Source: Gemmatimonadales bacterium
Lineage (GTDB): Bacteria > Gemmatimonadota > Gemmatimonadetes > Gemmatimonadales > GWC2-71-9
Assembly: GCA_039915685.1 (NCBI GenBank)
Contig: JBDSMU010000070.1
Span: 1,741 to 65,740 of the forward strand
Length of the DNA: 64,000 nt
Direction of reading: 5' to 3'
In this document: positions 45,867 to 54,883 of the stretch, one piece after another
Layout of the letters: every line of letters begins with the position of its first letter
Numbering within the stretch: position 1 is the first letter of the stretch
Notes under the pieces: model-generated
The model's input: the letters and a program-made list of their open reading frames with translations, nothing else
Told to the model about the DNA's origin: nothing
Databases searched by the model: none
Translations under genes and position numbers: made by a program

Positions 45867-46715
45867 TCATCCAGCACGCCCTGCCACGCCCCGTTCCAGC
45901 CACGGACCGGGTGCCACCGTTCCAGCTCGTGACCACCGTACGATGAGGTACGATCCAAGCAACACCAGGAAGACCGAAAAGGCCTGCGCGATGGTCATGG
46001 AGCCCAGAAGTCGGTCGTCCTTGGCGCGGAAGAACTCGACGATGAATCGCTCGATCCCGGCCATCACGAGGTAGGCCCCAAGCAGCCAGCCGGTGCCGCG
46101 CGGCGAGGTGCGCCAGCGCCAGAGTAGTGCAAACGCGAACAACATCATCGCCACTTCGTAGAGCTGGGTTGGATGCACTGCAATCACGGTTTCAGGAGGC
46201 AGTGACGCCGGGATGTCGAGCCCGGGAAACTCCGCGCGCATCACGCCCGCCGTGGTGCGTGGCAACCCCTCGGGAAACGCAACCGCGAACGCGCTGCTGC
46301 TCGGTTTGCCGTAGTCGTCGCCCACGAGATAGCAGCCCACCCGACCGATCGCGTACGCAGCCGCGAGCACGGGTGCAATGATCTGCCCGGTCCACCGGAC
46401 CGGTACGCCCCGCCGCCAGCCATTGAGAATCACCGCCAATGTTCCGCCCACGAAACCACCGTACCACACCAAGCCGCCACGGGTGAAGAGGGCGTCGGTG
46501 CCATGCAGCGCGACATACCAGAGCTTGGCGCCGACCACGCCACCGATCACGGCGGCCCAGAGCATGTCACCGGCGTAGTCGGAGGCGAAGCCGAGTCGCT
46601 TGAGTTCCCGATCAGCGAGCCATGCCCCGACCACGAACGCGACCATCATCATGATGCCGTAACCGGTCACCTCGAAACCGAGAACGGTCAGGTTCAATGG
46701 GTGAGCGATAATCAT
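45867..46715 (-). CDS. lgt: prolipoprotein diacylglyceryl transferase
   Basis: GYGIMMMVAFVVG..., GRVGCYLVGDDYGKPS; typical Lgt length and TM pattern. Confidence 0.92.
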   Translation of the reverse strand: MIIAHPLNLTVLGFEVTGYGIMMMVAFVVGAWLADRELKRLGFASDYAGDMLWAAVIGGVVGAKLWYVALHGTDALFTRGGLVWYGGFVGGTLAVILNGWRRGVPVRWTGQIIAPVLAAAYAIGRVGCYLVGDDYGKPSSSAFAVAFPEGLPRTTAGVMRAEFPGLDIPASLPPETVIAVHPTQLYEVAMMLFAFALLWRWRTSPRGTGWLLGAYLVMAGIERFIVEFFRAKDDRLLGSMTIAQAFSVFLVLLGSYLIVRWSRAGTVAPGPWLERGVAGRAG

Positions 46716-47752
46716 GCTGCTGCTCCTGCCGGGATGAGCCCGGGAAGGGGAAGGGAATCACGGGCATCGAGTTCGGCTCCGTGCCGTTCGCCCCGGGCGA
46801 GTCGCCAACTTCCGGCCGCGCCGATCATTGCGGCGTTGTCGGTGTTGAGGCGCGGTGACGCCACCGCTACGCGCGTCCGGTTGTCCGCGCTGTCGCGCAT
46901 TGCCGCGGCGAGCGCCCTGCTGCTCGCAACCCCGCCGCCAATCACCACCAGCGACCTGTCATGCTTCCGTGCCGCATGCAGTGTCTTGCTGACGAGCACC
47001 TCGAAGACTGCGTCCTGGAAGCCACGCGCCAGGTCGGCGCGATCACGCGTCACATCGTCGCTCTGCTGCACTGCGCGCAGCACCGCTGTCTTGAGGCCAC
47101 TGAATGAAAACTCGTGCGCCTCGCTTTCGCTCACACCGCGAAGCAGCGGCCTCGGAAAGGTGAACCGGCGTGGATCGCCTTCCAAGGCCAGCCGTTCGAT
47201 GGCGGCACCGGCGGGGTAGTCGAGGCCGAGTAGGGATCCGACCTTGTCAAACGCCTCGCCCGCCGCGTCGTCGCGGGTCTGTCCGAGCAGATGATACTCC
47301 CCCCACGCGGGTACATCGAGCAACATGGTGTGCCCACCGCTCACCAGCAGCGCGGTAAAGGGCGGGGCGACTGACGAGTCTTCAAGCGTCGGCGCGAAGA
47401 GATGACCCTCCAGATGATGCACGCCAATCAACGGAATGCCGTCGCGCCACGCCACGGTCTTCGCCCACGTTACCCCAACAAGCAGGGCGCCCATCAGGCC
47501 GGGGCCGCGAGTCACGGCGATGCCGTCGAGGTCGCATGGCTCAATCCCCGCATCGGCCAACGCGGCGTCGACAACCGGTCCAACCGTCGTGAGATGTGCT
47601 CGCGATGCAAGCTCGGGAACGACGCCGCCGAAGATCCGGTGGATGTCCTGCGAAAGGATCGTGAGCGATTCGACCGTCACCTTGTGCCCATCCCGGTGCA
47701 CCACGGCGGCGGACGTTTCATCGCACGAAGTTTCCAGGGCGAGAACGCGCAT
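46712..47752 (-). CDS. tsaD: tRNA N6-adenosine threonylcarbamoyltransferase
   Basis: MRVLALETSCDETSAAVV, GVHHLEGH, VSGGHT. Confidence 0.95.
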   Translation of the reverse strand: MRVLALETSCDETSAAVVHRDGHKVTVESLTILSQDIHRIFGGVVPELASRAHLTTVGPVVDAALADAGIEPCDLDGIAVTRGPGLMGALLVGVTWAKTVAWRDGIPLIGVHHLEGHLFAPTLEDSSVAPPFTALLVSGGHTMLLDVPAWGEYHLLGQTRDDAAGEAFDKVGSLLGLDYPAGAAIERLALEGDPRRFTFPRPLLRGVSESEAHEFSFSGLKTAVLRAVQQSDDVTRDRADLARGFQDAVFEVLVSKTLHAARKHDRSLVVIGGGVASSRALAAAMRDSADNRTRVAVASPRLNTDNAAMIGAAGSWRLARGERHGAELDARDSLPLPGLIPAGAAA

Positions 47753-47755
47753 CGT

Positions 47756-48292
47756 TCAGCGGGCCGAGCCGAGGAGGGAATCGACCAGCGCAACGTTGAC
47801 CGGTGAGTCCCAGCGTTCGGCGCCGAGAGAAATGTGCGCGATCCGACCGTCGCGTCCAACGATGATGCTCTGCGGGACGCCCACGACGCCGTATGCTTGC
47901 TGCACCAGGCCGGTCGGGTCGTGGAGGAGATCGAAGGTGAGGCCCAGCTCTCGACCAAAGGCGCGAACGTTTTCGGGGTCGCCCTGATCGATGCTGACCG
48001 CGGCGATTCGGAATCCGCGCTCTGCGCGGAGCCGGAAAAGGCGTTCCATCGAAGGCATCTCGACGCGGCACGGTCCGCACCACGTGGCCCAGACATTGAT
48101 GAGCGTCACGTGGCCAGCGTAACTGGTGCGCAAAGCAACGCTATCGTTGTCGGTGAGTCGAAACGTGCGGTAATCCGTAGCGCGATCGCCGAGGTACGCG
48201 CCTTCGGGCGGCGGAGCAAAGCGGGTGAGGGCCCAACCCCCGAGTGCCAACCCCGCCATAATCGAGCCGACCAGAACCCATTGCCGATTCAT
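47756..48292 (-). CDS. TlpA-family thiol:disulfide oxidoreductase (thioredoxin fold)
   Basis: N-terminal anchor; WATWCGPC active site. Confidence 0.88.
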   Translation of the reverse strand: MNRQWVLVGSIMAGLALGGWALTRFAPPPEGAYLGDRATDYRTFRLTDNDSVALRTSYAGHVTLINVWATWCGPCRVEMPSMERLFRLRAERGFRIAAVSIDQGDPENVRAFGRELGLTFDLLHDPTGLVQQAYGVVGVPQSIIVGRDGRIAHISLGAERWDSPVNVALVDSLLGSAR

Positions 48293-48837
48293 GGCGTGCC
48301 GTCCCCCGATGCGGGTCGGGCGAGGAGCTCGCCGATGATCCGCTGGTTACTGGCGCTGGCCCATGGATGGTCGGCGTACACGATCCGTACGATTCGTCCA
48401 TCGCGATCGAGCAGGAAGCTCTCGGGTACACCACTGGTCTGGTAGATCTGCTGGATCAATCCCTCGGGATCATGCAGCACGTCAAAGGTCACCTCGAAAT
48501 CGTCCATGAACTGCCGGACCGGAATGCTGTCGCCGCGATCGATGCTCACCGCCGCAATCCGGAGCCCGCTGGGTCCGAGTGCGCGATAGAGTGAGTCGAG
48601 TGCGGGGATCTCCTTCTTGCACGGCTCGCACCACGTGGCCCACACATTCACCAGCGTGACGCTGCCGCGATAATCGGCGTGAAGCGATCTTGTGGTGCCG
48701 GTGTGCAGGTCGGTGGCCGTAAAATCGGGTGCGATCCGGCCAACCTCGATGGGAACCGGTGCGCGTCGGATGAGGATCACCACGGTCGCCGCGAGGGCGG
48801 CGACGATAGCCAGCACCCCCATCCATTGGCGGCGCAT
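48289..48837 (-). CDS. TlpA-family thiol:disulfide oxidoreductase, tandem paralogue
   Basis: N-terminal anchor; WATWCEPC active site; ATG 48837 shares a base with the rpe stop. Confidence 0.85.
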   Translation of the reverse strand: MRRQWMGVLAIVAALAATVVILIRRAPVPIEVGRIAPDFTATDLHTGTTRSLHADYRGSVTLVNVWATWCEPCKKEIPALDSLYRALGPSGLRIAAVSIDRGDSIPVRQFMDDFEVTFDVLHDPEGLIQQIYQTSGVPESFLLDRDGRIVRIVYADHPWASASNQRIIGELLARPASGDGTP

Positions 48838-49502
48838 CAGGCCCGTGCCATGCACGCGCGCTTGAGTGCCCGTACGGCCTCGGCGGGATCGCTCTCGCCA
48901 AACACTGCCGTTCCGGCGACGAAGGTATCCGCGCCCGCATTGTGCGCGTGCGCGATGGTATCGACCGTGATCCCGCCATCGACTTCGAGGGCGGCCTGGC
49001 TTCGGGCTGCTTCGAGCATCGCACGCACTCGCGCGATCTTCGAGGTGGACGCGGGGAGATATCCCTGTCCACCGTAGCCCGGGTTGACCGACATCACCAA
49101 TACGAGATCGACATCATCAATGACCTCCTCGAGCCACCCGATTGGAGTTCCCGGGTTGAGCGCGAGTCCGGCACTCATCCCATGTTCCCGCGCGGTGGCG
49201 AGATGCCGCTGCACGTGTACAGTGGCTTCGGGGTGAAAGGTGAAGACGTCAGCGCCTGCCGCGGCGTATTCCTCGATGTACTGCTCCGGGCGCTCCACCA
49301 TGAGGTGAACGTCGAGCGGAAGCTCGGTGATGCGCCGGAGCGCCCGAATCAACGGCGCACCAAAGGTGAGGTTCGGGACGAAGTGCCCATCCATCACGTC
49401 GACATGGATCCACTCTGCGCCGCCGAGGGTGACCTCGGCAACCTGCTCCGCGAGCCGACCGAGGTCAGCGCTCAGCACGCTCGGCGCGATCCGTGCCGTC
49501 AT
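48837..49502 (-). CDS. rpe: ribulose-phosphate 3-epimerase
   Basis: IAPSVLSADLGRL, HVDVMDGHFVPNLTFG, MSVNPGYGGQ. Confidence 0.95.
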   Translation of the reverse strand: MTARIAPSVLSADLGRLAEQVAEVTLGGAEWIHVDVMDGHFVPNLTFGAPLIRALRRITELPLDVHLMVERPEQYIEEYAAAGADVFTFHPEATVHVQRHLATAREHGMSAGLALNPGTPIGWLEEVIDDVDLVLVMSVNPGYGGQGYLPASTSKIARVRAMLEAARSQAALEVDGGITVDTIAHAHNAGADTFVAGTAVFGESDPAEAVRALKRACMARA

Positions 49503-50227
49503 GGGATTTCCTCGCTGATGATGAGTTCGACCTTGCCGCCCCGGGTGAGCATCGCGCCGGCAGCCGGGCGCTGACCCTGCACCACGCCCGGCCTCCCCTG
49601 ATCGGTACGGCGTACCAGACCGACGACGAGCCCCGCCGAGTCGAGGCGCGCGGTGGCCTCGATGAGCGTCATGCCGTCGAGCTGGGGAACGGCAATGTCC
49701 GCTTGGCCGGCGCTCACGGTGATCGCGATGGAGCTGCCGCGGCGCACGGTCCAACCGGCTGCCGGCGAGGTGCTGATGATCATGCCGAGCGACATGGTGT
49801 CGGCGACGGTGTCGATGCGGCCCGGAGACAGCCCGGCGCTCAGGATCGCTGCACGGGCCCGTTCCACGGTGAACTCGGTGACATCTGGCACTGTTGCGAT
49901 GACCGGCCCCGCGCTCACCGTGAGGTTGACCATCGTACCTCGGCGCGCCTTGCTCCCTCCGAGCGGCTCCTGCGTCGTGATCATGCCGGCGGCCATTGCG
50001 GTGTCTGGTATCTCGTCGGCCACCCGGCCCCGAAGGTGTTGCTCGCTGAGAAATTGAAGCGCTTCGACCGGTTTCATGCCACGCAGGTCAGGCACTTCGA
50101 CATTCCGTCGCAGCAATGGTGAGCCCGTGAGACTGGCCAGCACCACATACCCCACACCGGCGGCCACCAGCACCACCAAGGCGAAGTTTGCGGTGCGCAC
50201 GATGGTTCGCCGCGACGGTCGGCTCAT
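49499..50227 (-). CDS. membrane-anchored protein with three PASTA domains and no catalytic domain
   Basis: N-terminal TM FALVVLVAAGVGYVVLA, then three ~65-aa PASTA repeats (VPDLRGM..., VPDVTEF..., VPQLDGM...). Confidence 0.85.
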   Translation of the reverse strand: MSRPSRRTIVRTANFALVVLVAAGVGYVVLASLTGSPLLRRNVEVPDLRGMKPVEALQFLSEQHLRGRVADEIPDTAMAAGMITTQEPLGGSKARRGTMVNLTVSAGPVIATVPDVTEFTVERARAAILSAGLSPGRIDTVADTMSLGMIISTSPAAGWTVRRGSSIAITVSAGQADIAVPQLDGMTLIEATARLDSAGLVVGLVRRTDQGRPGVVQGQRPAAGAMLTRGGKVELIISEEIP

Positions 50228-51474
50228 CGATCACAGACCAGGCGCGCGGCATAGGCGCCGTCCATGCCGTCACGCTGCGGAAGGATCAGCAGATCGCCCT
50301 CCGGGGTGAGCAGTTCGGTGGGAAAGCCGGAAGGGGGTTGGCGGGAGAACTGTGGATGTCTGTCGAGGAAGGCCGCAACCTGTGCTTCGTCCTCCTCCGG
50401 TTCCAACGAACATGTGGCATAACATAGCACTCCACCGGGAGCCATTACGTTGGCTGCCGCGTCGAGGAGGGCCGCTTGTTCGCTGACGATTCGCCGCAGT
50501 GCGTCGGGGTGCACTCGCAACCGGGCGTCGGGATGGCGGGCGAACGTGCCGGTGCCGAGACATGGGGCATCGAGCAGGTATGCCGATGCACCAGCGATGG
50601 GTGGGTGGAGCGCGTCGGCCAGCACCGGAAAGGCATTGCCTCGACCGGCTCGGGCGATGTTGTCGCAGAGTCGTAGGATGCGGCGCCGGGAGGCATCGGC
50701 CGCGACCACGCCGATGGCGCGTCGGGCGAGCCCGAGGGTCTTTCCGCCCGGCGCCGCGCAGGCATCGTACACCGTCGCGTCAGCGGGAAAACTGGCGAAT
50801 CGCAGCACCAGCGCCTGCGCCGGATCCTGCACGTAGAATGCGCCCTCGGCGAATCCGGGAAGCCTTTCCGGCCGGGTTTCGCCGACGACAATCCCCGCGC
50901 CATGGGGCGCCGGGAATCCCTGTACCTCGGCGGCACTGAAGCGTTCCTGGAGCGAATCAGGATCGTCGCGTGCAGGCTGGACCACCAGCGCCGGATGGGT
51001 GTTGTTCCATTCGAGGAGGCGTTCGGTAGCCGCAGTTCCGAAGCGGTCGAGCCAACGGGCCACCAGCCATTCGGGATGGGACCAGCGGGCTGCGAGGGTG
51101 GCGGTTGCGTTGTCGCCGTCATTCCTGATCTGGTCGCGCGGAGCATCGGCCACACGGCGCAGAACCGCGTTCGCAAAGCCGGTCACGCGGTCTCCCGCAG
51201 TCTCGCGCACCAGGGCCACGCTCGTCGCCACCGCTGCGTGCGGAGGCACTCGTGCGAGATGATGCAGTTGATAGGCACCGATGCGCAGGATGTCGAGCAC
51301 GCTGGGTTGCACCGATGGGAGGCCGCGCGGCACGAACAGCGTGAGCAGTGCGTCGAGCGACCCCTGTTGGCGCAGCACGCCAGCGGCCAGCTCGTGGGCG
51401 AGCCGGCGATCGACCTCGGGAAGGCCGCTCAGCCCACGGTCAAGCGCCGCGTCGAATGGCATGCCGCGGCGCAC
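50224..51474 (-). CDS. rsmB: 16S rRNA (cytosine967-C5)-methyltransferase; true start probably upstream (CTG 51528)
   Basis: NusB-like N-domain, DACAAPGGKT, LDAPCLGTGT, YATCSLEPEE; the canonical GTG 51474 falls inside the first conserved helix. Confidence 0.9.
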   Translation of the reverse strand: MRRGMPFDAALDRGLSGLPEVDRRLAHELAAGVLRQQGSLDALLTLFVPRGLPSVQPSVLDILRIGAYQLHHLARVPPHAAVATSVALVRETAGDRVTGFANAVLRRVADAPRDQIRNDGDNATATLAARWSHPEWLVARWLDRFGTAATERLLEWNNTHPALVVQPARDDPDSLQERFSAAEVQGFPAPHGAGIVVGETRPERLPGFAEGAFYVQDPAQALVLRFASFPADATVYDACAAPGGKTLGLARRAIGVVAADASRRRILRLCDNIARAGRGNAFPVLADALHPPIAGASAYLLDAPCLGTGTFARHPDARLRVHPDALRRIVSEQAALLDAAANVMAPGGVLCYATCSLEPEEDEAQVAAFLDRHPQFSRQPPSGFPTELLTPEGDLLILPQRDGMDGAYAARLVCDR

Positions 51475-51524
51475 GTTGGTCAGGATCCCAAGTGCAGCCC
51501 GGCGGGGTGCAAAGCCAGTATCGG

Positions 51525-52289
51525 TCAGCGCAGCATTCCCTCGCTTGGCGTCGACGGAATGGCCACTTCGCGCCTGGGCATGCGCCCGGCGAGGTAGGCG
51601 CCGCGACCGGCGTCAACGGCGAATCGCATCGCGGTCGCCATGGCGACAGGGTCCCTTGCCTCGGCCAGCGCGGTGTTCATGAGAATGCCGTCGACGCCCT
51701 GTTCCATCACGAGGCATGCGTCGGATGCCGTTCCGACGCCGGCATCGACGATGATCGGCACCGTGAGTCGCGACTTGATCGTGCGGATGAAGTAGGGATT
51801 CAGGAGCCCGAGTCCCGATCCGATGGGTGACGCCAGCGGCATGACCGCTACGGCGCCAGCGTCCTGAAGGCGCAACGCCGTGATGAGGTCGTCGTTGGTG
51901 TAGGCGAGCACCTTGAATCCCTCGCGCGCGAGGACGGCGGTCGCCTCCAGGAGGCCAGCGGTGTCGGGGAGCAGGGTTTCTCGGTCGCCGATCACTTCAA
52001 GCTTCACGAAGTCGTTGAAGCCCGCCTCGCGGGCCAAACGGGCGTATCGCATCGCCTCGTCAGCGCTGAAGCAGCCGGCGGTGTTCGAGAGCAGAAAAAA
52101 ACGGTCGCTGGAGAGATGGTGCAGGATGCCGTCCTGGTCGCCGCGATCGAGATTGACGCGCCGGACCGCGACCGTCACCACATCGGCACCCGACGCGTTG
52201 ATCGCGCGGATCATCTCGTCGTTGTTGCGATACTTCCCGGTTCCCACCATCAGGCGCGAACGGAAGGTCTGGCCGGCGATTTCCAGCAT
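51525..52289 (-). CDS. thiG: thiazole synthase
   Basis: MVGTGKY, FVKLEVIGD, PIIVDAGVGTASDA. Confidence 0.95.
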   Translation of the reverse strand: MLEIAGQTFRSRLMVGTGKYRNNDEMIRAINASGADVVTVAVRRVNLDRGDQDGILHHLSSDRFFLLSNTAGCFSADEAMRYARLAREAGFNDFVKLEVIGDRETLLPDTAGLLEATAVLAREGFKVLAYTNDDLITALRLQDAGAVAVMPLASPIGSGLGLLNPYFIRTIKSRLTVPIIVDAGVGTASDACLVMEQGVDGILMNTALAEARDPVAMATAMRFAVDAGRGAYLAGRMPRREVAIPSTPSEGMLR

Positions 52290-52490
52290 TCATCCGCCTC
52301 CCACGAAGTGCACGATTTCGACGGTGTCACCATCGTGTACCCTCGATGCAGTGACGTCGGCTCTCCGAATGATCGCTCGATTGAGTTCCACCACGACCCC
52401 GCGCGGATCCAGGCCAAGCTGGCGCAGCATCGCGTCAACCGTATCCACCGGGTCGAGTGTGCGCGCCTCGCCATTGATTGTCAGTTGCAT
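52290..52490 (-). CDS. thiS: sulfur carrier protein ThiS
   Basis: 66 aa, MQLTINGE...VEIVHFVGGG with C-terminal GG; abuts the thiG start. Confidence 0.9.
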   Translation of the reverse strand: MQLTINGEARTLDPVDTVDAMLRQLGLDPRGVVVELNRAIIRRADVTASRVHDGDTVEIVHFVGGG

Positions 52491-52492
52491 CG

Positions 52493-53140
52493 TCACCTCT
52501 CCTCGTTGCCGCGCCACGGCGCCAACAGCGCGAGCGCACTGCGGTTGACGTCGGTCGCGTCCCAGAGGGCCGAGATCGCGGCGACGCCCCATGCGCCGGC
52601 GTCGTATGCCTGTGCCGCATGGTCCGGAGTCACCCCGCCCACGGCCCACACGGGAACGCCACAACGCGCCACCCGATCAATCAGTTCCGGTCCGCTGGGC
52701 GTCCGGCCGGGATGCGTGGCGGTCTCCCATATGGTTCCCAGCAACAATCCGTCAATGCCCGAGGCCACGGCTGCCTCCGCTTCGGGAAGGGAATGTACCG
52801 ACTGCACGACAACAAGTCGGCGTCCCACCGAACTGCGATCGGCTGCGTCCCGCATCGCACGGGCGTCGAGGTCACCGGTTCGGGCGATGATCCCATCGGC
52901 ACCGCAAGCCAGCGCCACGTCGACCCGTCCGGTCACGAACACCGACGCCATCGGCGGACGTGCCAGCGCCACGAATCGCGTCACAAGCACTGACAACGTG
53001 TCGATTGATCCACCCGGCAAACGCGCGACCAGGCCCGCGGCGGCACCGACCGCGGCGATGGCACCGGCGCGCTGCGCCAGATCGTCAAGCGCGGCGACGC
53101 GATCATCGGTGAGCGCAAGCAGGCGGGGCAGCGGCTTCAT
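52493..53140 (-). CDS. thiE: thiamine-phosphate synthase
   Basis: LLALTDD..., VWAVGGVTP, TIM-barrel ThiE pattern; ATGA overlap with the fmt stop. Confidence 0.88.
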   Translation of the reverse strand: MKPLPRLLALTDDRVAALDDLAQRAGAIAAVGAAAGLVARLPGGSIDTLSVLVTRFVALARPPMASVFVTGRVDVALACGADGIIARTGDLDARAMRDAADRSSVGRRLVVVQSVHSLPEAEAAVASGIDGLLLGTIWETATHPGRTPSGPELIDRVARCGVPVWAVGGVTPDHAAQAYDAGAWGVAAISALWDATDVNRSALALLAPWRGNEER

Positions 53141-54066
53141 GCCAGCACGATGGGCTGATCGGGTTCGATGCCGCGCAACCAATCTCCGGATGTCATCCGA
53201 CGACGGCCAGCCGGCTGCACGTCGGCGATCTGCACTGTGCCCCGACCGGTACCCACGATGAGGACATCCCGGACATTGCGGTCCACCTCACCCGGTTGGC
53301 GGTCATTTGCGACGGGGAGCACGGTCACGCCAAAACATTTGAGCGTCTCGTCGCCGAACGCGGTCCAAGCTCCCGGTGCGGGATCCATCGCGCGAACGTG
53401 TCGCGACACGATATCGGCGTCGGTCTGCCAGTCAATTCGTGCCCGTTGACGATCAACCTTTGGCGCCAGGGTGATGCCGTCCGTCGGTTGCGGCATCGGC
53501 GGTTCGCCGGCTGCGACGCGAGGGAGCGCCTCGACGAGGGCATCCGCTCCCAGCAAGGCGAGTCGGTCGAAGAGGGTGCCAGTGGTGTCGGCGTCGCTGA
53601 TGGGGATCGTGCGGGTGTGCCATAGCGCGCCGCTGTCGAGACCGGATTCGACCCGCATGATCGACACGCCCGTGGTCGCGTCGCCGCTCGCGACCGCCCA
53701 GTGGATCGGCGCTGCGCCGCGCCACCTGGGCAGGATCGAGGCGTGGACGTTCACCATGCCGAGTCTCGGGATCGCCAGGAGCGATTGGGGCAGCAAATGG
53801 CCGTATGCCACGACAACACCGAGGTCGATGTCCAGCGCCCTGACGGTGCTGAGAAACTCGTCGTCGCGCGGTCGATCAGGCTGCAGGACCTGGAGTCCGT
53901 GGTGGAGCGCGCGTTGCTTCACGGGTGGCGCGACCAACGTGGAATGGGAGCGTGAGCCTGGACGGTCGGGTTGGGTCACCACCGCGGCCACGCCCGTGCC
54001 CGTGCGCAACAGGGCGTCGAGCGCGGGAACCGCAAAGGCAGGTGTTCCGAAGAAGGCCACCCGCAT
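53137..54066 (-). CDS. fmt: methionyl-tRNA formyltransferase
   Basis: MRVAFFGTPAFAVP, VVTQPDRP, NVHASILPRWRGAAPI. Confidence 0.95.
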   Translation of the reverse strand: MRVAFFGTPAFAVPALDALLRTGTGVAAVVTQPDRPGSRSHSTLVAPPVKQRALHHGLQVLQPDRPRDDEFLSTVRALDIDLGVVVAYGHLLPQSLLAIPRLGMVNVHASILPRWRGAAPIHWAVASGDATTGVSIMRVESGLDSGALWHTRTIPISDADTTGTLFDRLALLGADALVEALPRVAAGEPPMPQPTDGITLAPKVDRQRARIDWQTDADIVSRHVRAMDPAPGAWTAFGDETLKCFGVTVLPVANDRQPGEVDRNVRDVLIVGTGRGTVQIADVQPAGRRRMTSGDWLRGIEPDQPIVLA

Positions 54067-54602
54067 CAACTGGCGGCGTCCGACTCCTCGGGCCGCGGGG
54101 TGCGGGTGAGACCTTCGTCGCGATGCTCCTTCTTCCATCGCGTAACGAGAAGCTGCCGCTTCAACGGACCGAGGTGATCGATGAACAGCACACCGTCGAG
54201 ATGGTCGATCTCGTGCTGGATCGCGCGCGCAACCAATCCGGTTGCCTCGAGGCGGAAGGGTTCGCCGTCTTCGTCGAGGGCCTCGAGCACGATCGATTCG
54301 GGGCGATTGACCTCGGCATATGCATCAGGGATGGACAGGCATCCCTCTTCGGCGCCAGCACGGCCGCTTGCTTCGCGGACGACCGGATTGATCATCGCGA
54401 AGGTCTGCCCTTCCGCGTTGATCACGGCGACCCGCCGCGCGATGCCGACCTGATTGGCCGCAAGCCCCACTCCGCAGGCGACCCCCATCGTCTCGAACAT
54501 GTCGTCGATCAGCGTACGAAGCTCGTCATCGACGCCCTCGATTTCCTCGGCACGCTGGCGCAGCACCGGGGATCCAAGAAGGTGGATGTCCATCACGCTC
54601 AT
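54066..54602 (-). CDS. def: peptide deformylase
   Basis: GVGLAANQVG, EGCLSIP, QHEIDHLDG. Confidence 0.95.
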   Translation of the reverse strand: MSVMDIHLLGSPVLRQRAEEIEGVDDELRTLIDDMFETMGVACGVGLAANQVGIARRVAVINAEGQTFAMINPVVREASGRAGAEEGCLSIPDAYAEVNRPESIVLEALDEDGEPFRLEATGLVARAIQHEIDHLDGVLFIDHLGPLKRQLLVTRWKKEHRDEGLTRTPRPEESDAAS

Positions 54603-54883
54603 GACGCGGCGGTGCCTTCGGCTGTGGTGTTGCCGACCCGGATGATCCGAGCGCGATCCACCACGACGACCGATGTGCCGGTCTCGATCGTGAGGCGGTC
54701 TGTCTTGACTTCCTTGATCCGACCGATGAGCCCGCCGGCGGTGGTCACCTCGTCGCCCTTCTTGATCGCCGCAATCATTTCGGCGGAGCGCTTGCGAGCC
54801 TGACCCTGGGGCCGGATGATGAGAAAGTAGAACACGGCGCCGATGCCGAAGAGCTGCATGACAATGATCAACTGAGTGTTCAT
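54599..54883 (-). CDS. yajC: preprotein translocase subunit YajC
   Basis: FYFLIIRPQGQARKR...KKGDEVTTAGGLIGRI. Confidence 0.9.
   Translation of the reverse strand: MNTQLIIVMQLFGIGAVFYFLIIRPQGQARKRSAEMIAAIKKGDEVTTAGGLIGRIKEVKTDRLTIETGTSVVVVDRARIIRVGNTTAEGTAAS

Noticed and set aside
53141-53200. TPP riboswitch expected upstream of thiE
   Set aside because: The thiE ATG overlaps the fmt stop, and the upstream sequence is fmt coding DNA. No THI-box-like element can be accommodated.
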